Positions 59,097 through 64,000 of a DNA stretch of 64,000 nt are shown one piece after another; the first letter of the stretch is position 1, and every line of letters begins with the position of its first letter. A program made the position numbers and the translations under genes. The notes beneath the pieces are model-generated. The model was not told where the DNA came from, did no database searches, and saw nothing but the letters and a program-made list of their open reading frames with translations. The stretch is from an uncultured Clostridium sp. (lineage in GTDB: Bacteria > Bacillota > Clostridia > TANB77 > CAG-508): assembly GCA_946500615.1 (NCBI GenBank), contig CAMMWP010000002.1, forward strand, positions 29,968-93,967. The letters run 5' to 3'.

Positions 59097-59450
59097 ATGA
59101 CATATGAAGAAGTTAAAAATTTAGAAATTTCTGAAGTTGTAACTAGCACTAACTTAGAAAAATTAGCAAAACAATGCTTAAGTATTGTTGATACATCTAC
59201 ATTTAAAGATGAAGAGATAAAACTTTTTATTAACGCTGCAATCTTGGATATGAAAAGACAAAATATAGATTCCGAAAATAAGATAGACGATTATTTAATT
59301 CAAGCAGGAATTGTAATGTACGTTAAAGCAAATTTTGGAATGTGTGATATTAAAGAAAAAGAATTAGCACAAGAAAGATATATTCAGCTTTGCAACAATT
59401 TGTCATTGTCTTCTGATTATAAGATAAAAGAGGTTGATAACAATGCGTGA
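59097..59450 (+). CDS. Head-tail connector (gp6-like)
   Basis: RBS aggaggaagacATG. 117 aa. Confidence 0.6.
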   Translation: MTYEEVKNLEISEVVTSTNLEKLAKQCLSIVDTSTFKDEEIKLFINAAILDMKRQNIDSENKIDDYLIQAGIVMYVKANFGMCDIKEKELAQERYIQLCNNLSLSSDYKIKEVDNNA

Positions 59451-59760
59451 TGTAAGTTGTAAATTATTATCTACTACTTATAAAGAAGATGATAGAGGTG
59501 TTAAAAAACCAATAGGGACTGTTGAGAGAGAAATTCCAATTATAAAAACTGAGGATATCTATGCTAAGGAATATTATGAAGCTAGTCAAGCAGGTTACAA
59601 ACCTAGTTTGAGGATTAGAATTAGTGCTTTAAATTATAATAATGAAACAGAAGTAATCTACATGGGAACAACTTATACTATTGTGCGAATTAGTGAGCCT
59701 TACGCAGATGAAATAGTTCTAATTTGTGAAAGGAAAATAAAAAATGTCAAAAACAGTTAA
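59434..59760 (+). CDS. Head closure / head-tail adaptor protein
   Basis: 108 aa with the typical ...ISEPYADEIVLICERKI C-terminus. Confidence 0.55.
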   Translation: MITMRDVSCKLLSTTYKEDDRGVKKPIGTVEREIPIIKTEDIYAKEYYEASQAGYKPSLRIRISALNYNNETEVIYMGTTYTIVRISEPYADEIVLICERKIKNVKNS

Positions 59761-60131
59761 AGCTAATCTTTTAACAAAAGAAATAATGAAAGCCTTAGAA
59801 AGTTATAGCGATGATATATCTGAAATAGTAGAAGAAACTGCGAATAAAGTAGGAAAAGAAGCCGTAGCAGAGATTAAACAAGAATCTCCAAAACGGGGCG
59901 AGAAAAGAATACGCAAAAGGATGGAGATTAAAAAAAGATAAATTAAGCAAGAACAGATATATTGTAAAAATACATAATAAAACAGATTATCAATTGACAC
60001 ATCTATTGGAATTTGGACATTCTACCAGAAATGGTGGAAGAACGAAAGCACAACCTCACATTAGACCAATTGAAGAAAAATATTCAAAAGAATTTGAGAA
60101 TGAATTAAAGAAAAAGATTGGAGGATTAAAA
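59744..60131 (+). pseudogene. HK97 gp10-family tail-attachment protein, frameshifted in a G4 run at about 59886
   Basis: Frame 1 ends ...SPKRGEKRIRKRMEIKKR*. The alternative frame reads ...ARKEYAKGWRLKKDKLSKNRYIVKIHNKTDYQLTHLLEFGHSTRNGG... (gp10 hallmark LEFGHS). Confidence 0.55.
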
Positions 60132-60442
60132 TGACGCTAGAAGAATTGAAGACAAGGTGTAAAAATGAAAAAATACAATATGCCTATGGAAACTTTATAG
60201 AAGAAGTTAGTCCCCCACACTTAGTAGCATTAGAAACAGAAACAGATAATTTTATGGCAGACAACAAAGTCTTTAGCAGAAAAGGAAGAATCCAATTAGA
60301 TTTAACTATGGATTATATAGATTTTGACTTAATAGACAAAGTCGAAAATAAAATTTTATACGATGTATGTTGGAATAAAACAGAAGCAACTTATTTGTCG
60401 GATGAAAAAATTTGGCAGATAAGTTATTTTTTTGAAATTTAA
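60131..60442 (+). CDS. Tail completion or terminator-like protein
   Basis: ATGA-coupled start. 103 aa. Confidence 0.45.
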   Translation: MTLEELKTRCKNEKIQYAYGNFIEEVSPPHLVALETETDNFMADNKVFSRKGRIQLDLTMDYIDFDLIDKVENKILYDVCWNKTEATYLSDEKIWQISYFFEI

Positions 60443-60462
60443 AAATAAGGAGGAAATGAAAA

Positions 60463-61044
60463 ATGTCAGATACAAATAATAAAGTCCTTTATGGAATAGA
60501 ACAATGCTATGTAGCAAAAATTACAGAAACAGATGGTGAAATAACATATGGGACACCATTTCCTATGCCAGGTGCAGTAGGATTAAATTTTGACCCAGAA
60601 GGGGAAGAAACACCTTTTTATGCAGATAATGTCAAATATTTTATTGCAAGTTCTAATCAAGGATATTCTGGAGATTTAGAAATAGCAATGACACCAGAGC
60701 AATTTTTAACAGAAATATTAGGCAGACAAAAAGATACAAATGGAGCAATTTTCGAAAATGCTGACGATAAGACAGCAAGATTTGCTCTAATGTTTCAAGG
60801 GCAAGGTGATGCTAAAAATAGAAGATGGGTTTTCTTTGATTGTACAGCAACTAGACCAAGTAAAGAAAACAATACAAAAGAAGAATCTATTGAAGTTGGA
60901 ACAGAAACAATGACAATAACAATGTCTCCAAGAAGTACCGATAAAGCTGTTATGGCTTATATTGAGCCAAATGATACAAACGAAGATGTTTACAACTCAT
61001 TCTTCACAAAAGTTTATGAAAAAAATGCTCAGGCAAGCGTGTAG
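60463..61044 (+). CDS. Major tail protein
   Basis: RBS aaggagg. 193 aa. ...LYGIEQCYVAKITETDGEITYGTPFPMPGAVGLNFDPEGEE... Confidence 0.7.
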   Translation: MSDTNNKVLYGIEQCYVAKITETDGEITYGTPFPMPGAVGLNFDPEGEETPFYADNVKYFIASSNQGYSGDLEIAMTPEQFLTEILGRQKDTNGAIFENADDKTARFALMFQGQGDAKNRRWVFFDCTATRPSKENNTKEESIEVGTETMTITMSPRSTDKAVMAYIEPNDTNEDVYNSFFTKVYEKNAQASV

Positions 61045-61053
61045 GAGGTAAAA

Positions 61054-61440
61054 ATGAAAAAGATAACAATTTGTGAAAAAGAATATCCAATAGATTGTAA
61101 TGCCTTTACTAGATTCCAGTACAAAAAAGTTTTTGGTACTGGAATTTTTTCAGATATTAAAATCTTAAATCAATTTTCAGATAGACAAAACGATATAAGA
61201 AAAAAACTAGAAAAAGAAAATGCAACAGAAGATGAAATACAAAAAGCCATAAATGAAATGATGATGGATAACTTAGATGATTTTATAGATGTTATAGAGA
61301 AAATTACCTATATCTTAATTTATACAGCTAATCCAGAAATAGAATCGTTTGAGAATTGGTTAAAAGGAATTGAAAAAATAGATTTAAGTGCTAGTTGGAT
61401 TGCTGAGGTAACGGAATTAGCCGTAAATTCATTTTGTTGA
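61054..61440 (+). CDS. Tail assembly chaperone (gpG-like)
   Basis: Position between the major tail protein (MTP) and the tape measure protein (TMP). Acidic 128 aa. Confidence 0.6.
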   Translation: MKKITICEKEYPIDCNAFTRFQYKKVFGTGIFSDIKILNQFSDRQNDIRKKLEKENATEDEIQKAINEMMMDNLDDFIDVIEKITYILIYTANPEIESFENWLKGIEKIDLSASWIAEVTELAVNSFC

Positions 61441-61675
61441 TAAAGAATTAATAGAAGAAAGTGAAAAAAGAGTAAAAAAAGCTAATGAAGAGCTTGAAGG
61501 ATTAGATGAACATAGATTCATTGCGAATTGTTTGCAAATAGGTTTAAGAATAAATGATTTAAAAGAATTAGAGTATAAAGATGTAGCAAAAATAATGCTG
61601 TGTTTTGTAGAAACAAAGAAAAAACCTAGAAAAGCTACGCAGGCAGATTGGGATAAATTAGCGGGAAGGAGGTAA
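61427..61675 (+). CDS. gpT-like chaperone extension, reached by a +1 frameshift at TTT_T just before the gpG stop
   Basis: The +1 frame opens only 4 codons before the gpG stop and runs 82 codons to just before the TMP start. Confidence 0.45.
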   Translation: MHFVDKELIEESEKRVKKANEELEGLDEHRFIANCLQIGLRINDLKELEYKDVAKIMLCFVETKKKPRKATQADWDKLAGRR

Positions 61676-61677
61676 AT

Positions 61678-64000
61678 ATGTCAGGCTCAATTAAAGGAAT
61701 TATAGTTGAAATCGGGCGGAGATACCTCTGGATTGCAGAAATCCTTAAGTAAAGTAAATTCTGCAACTTCTAGTCTATCTAAAGAATTAAGAGGAATAAA
61801 TACATTACTAAAGCTTGACCCTAAAAATACTGAATTATTAGCACAAAAACAAACCGTTTTAAGTCAAAATATTCAAGAAACCACCAACAAATTAAATCAA
61901 TTAAAGCAAGTACAAAAGCTAGCAGATGATACGATAAAAAACGGTGGAGAAATTTCTCAAGAAAACTATAGAAATCTTCAAAGAGAAATAATAAATACAG
62001 AAAACAAGTTAAAACAATTAAAAGCAGAAGCATCTGATTGGACTTCTATTAGCAAATCACTTGACTCATTGAGTAAAAAAACATCAAAAATAGGACAAGG
62101 ATTTACAAATATAGGAGGAGCATTAACAACTGGAATAACACTACCAATTCTTGGCTTAACTACTGCTGCAGTAAGTGTTGGAAATAGTTTCGAAAAACAG
62201 ATGAGTAGAGTACAAGCTATTGCAGGAGCTACAAAAGATGAATTAAAACAATTAACAGATCAAGCTATGGATTTAGGAGCTGAAACATCTTTTAGTGCTA
62301 CACAGGTTGCAGAAGGAATGGAAAATTTAGCAAGTGCTGGCTTCACAACTCAAGAAATCATGGAAGCTATGCCAGGTTTGTTAGATTTAGCAGCATCTAG
62401 TGGAGCAGATTTAGCAACATCTTCTGAGATTGCAGCAAGTGCAATAAGAGGTTTCGGATTAGAAGCCAGCAGTAGTGCTCATATAGCTGATGTGTTTGCA
62501 GAGGCAGCAGCAAGAACAAATGCACAGACAGAAGATATGGGAGAGGCTATGAAATATATAGCACCAATCGCAAATACAATGGGACTAAAAATAGAAGAGA
62601 TCGCAGCTGCGATAGGAATTATGTCTGACGCTGGAATAAAAGGAAGTCAAGCAGGTACATCCTTAAGAGGAGCTTTAGTAAGATTAACCAAGCCAACAGA
62701 CAAAATGCTTGGAGTGATGGAAGATTTAGGAATAAGCTTCTATGATAATGAAGGTAAAATGAAATCTCTTACTGAGATGATTTCTATGTTACAAGAGGCA
62801 ACAAAAGGACTAACAGACGAACAAAAACAAAACGCGCTTACAATTTTGTTTGGAACAGAATCTTTATCTGGTATGATGTCTCTAATTAACAGAGGTTCAG
62901 GAGATTTAGCCGACATGACTAAATCTTTTGAAGATTGTGACGGAGCAGCACAGAATATGGCAGATACAATGCTAGACAACACAGCTGGATCTATCGAGGA
63001 AATGACAGGAGCGCTAGAAAGCTTAGCAATTAAGGTTCAACAAATGTTAGCACCTTATATAACGGAAGCAGCTAATAAGATTCAAGAATTAATTAATAAA
63101 TTTATGGAGTTGCCAGAAAGTACGCAGAAAACAATTCTAGCTATAGCTGGAATAGCGGCAATAGTAGGACCTGTTTTACTTATTTTAGGTCGAATAATAA
63201 CATCTATAAGTGCAATAAGTGGAGTATTAAGTAGTTTTACTGCATGGATAGCAAGTACAAGTGCAGGATTAACTGGTTTTTCTAAAGTACTAACGGCTTT
63301 AACAGGACCTGTTGGAATAGTTATAGGAGTAATTACAGCTTTAGTTGGAGTATTTACATATTTATATAATACTAATGAGCAATTCAGATTAAAAGCACAA
63401 GAAACATGGAATAATCTAGTAGCTTTATTTCAAAACACTGTAATGCCTGTTATTCAAAATATAGAAAATCTAGTTATGAGCGTAATCAACACAGTAATAT
63501 CAATTTTACAACAATTATGGAGTTTTATAGAACCATTCTTTACTGAAATGTTTACATGGCTAATGGATTTTTGGAATAATACAGGTTCAAAAATATTTGA
63601 AAATGTAATGGGATTTGTAAATGGATTAATAGATTTAGTATCTATGATTTGGAACAATGTCATATCTCCAATAATAAATTTCTTAGTTCAAAATTTACAG
63701 CCAGCTTTTAGTACGGTATTTGGTATTATTTCTGGGATAGTTCAAGGATTTGGAAATACAATAGGAGCGATAATAGAATCTGTAACAGGAATCTTAAAAG
63801 GAATAATAGATTTTATTACAGGTGTATTTAGTGGAAATTGGGAAAAAGCATGGAATGGAGTAAAAGATATATTTTCTAATATTGTTTCTAGCCTTGGAAA
63901 TATAATAAAAGCACCAATTAACTTTATAATAGATACTATAAATGGACTAATCAGGGGATTAAATAATGTTAAAGTGCCAGATTGGGTACCAGGTATTGGA
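61678..64000 (+). CDS. Tail tape measure protein. It is frameshifted near 61717 and the gene continues past the window end.
   Basis: ATG at 61678 gives MSGSIKGIIVEIG, then a stop. The +1 frame continues GDTSGLQKSLSKVN... through the TMP core (..AGATKDELKQLTDQAMDLGAETSFSATQVAEGMENLASAGF..) to nt 64000. Removing the c at 61717 yields the canonical IEIGGDT N-terminus. Confidence 0.7.

Larger units (their letters stand above)
35207..64000. mobile_element. Siphovirus-type prophage (serine-recombinase integrated); continues beyond the window end
   Basis: Gene order: LSR, cI, cro, replication, K+ channel operon, HNH, ArpU, tRNAs, TerS, TerL, portal, protease, MCP, connectors, MTP, G/GT, TMP. Confidence 0.85.

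Overview
This is an AT-rich (about 27% GC) chromosome segment from a spore-forming Firmicute, Clostridia-like by gene content. Three parts can be told apart.

(1) Positions 1..12,000 hold spo0A, the master sporulation regulator. Its last ~150 bp is the target of serially integrated, tyrosine-integrase-borne elements. Three copies of the spo0A 3' end are present: one intact, one ~85% identical, and one degenerate relic. The outermost element is a roughly 8.5-kb satellite/PICI-like island. It carries an integrase, an XRE repressor, a primase-polymerase plus D5-type helicase, an iteron origin, a minimal 186-aa tyrosine recombinase, and a candidate type-I toxin peptide.

(2) Positions 12,000..34,800 are core host genes: an M23 SpoIVFA-like protein, SpoIVFB, minD, minE, rodA, dus, an orphan mazF, an HD-GYP protein, aspS, a TSCPD protein, mnmA, a transglycosylase, dapF, dapL, ruvA, rarA, and TSUP half-transporters. 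Several families of dispersed, structured intergenic repeats are interspersed among them. These include a ~230-bp foldback element with perfect 46..57-bp arms, and a mosaic palindromic repeat family present five times.

(3) From 35,207 to the window end lies a siphovirus-type prophage. A large serine recombinase integrated it inside a host gene that encodes a Cys-rich protein; only the C-terminal 124 codons of that gene remain at the junction. The prophage has a cI/Cro switch, a DnaD-like organizer with internal iterons, and a DnaB helicase. It encodes two tRNAs (Met-CAT and Gln-TTG) and an ArpU-family late activator. Its structural module runs TerS, TerL, portal, protease, HK97 major capsid protein, connectors, major tail protein, G/GT chaperone and tape measure protein. 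The major capsid protein (MCP) has a putative programmed -1 frameshift onto an Ig-like domain. A tightly coupled 5-gene operon is centred on a 6TM voltage-gated-type K+ channel with a GYGD selectivity filter. At least four phage genes (HNH, portal, gp10, TMP) carry 1-nt frameshifts, which suggests a decaying, domesticated prophage or homopolymer sequencing errors.

No CRISPR array and no rRNA genes were seen.
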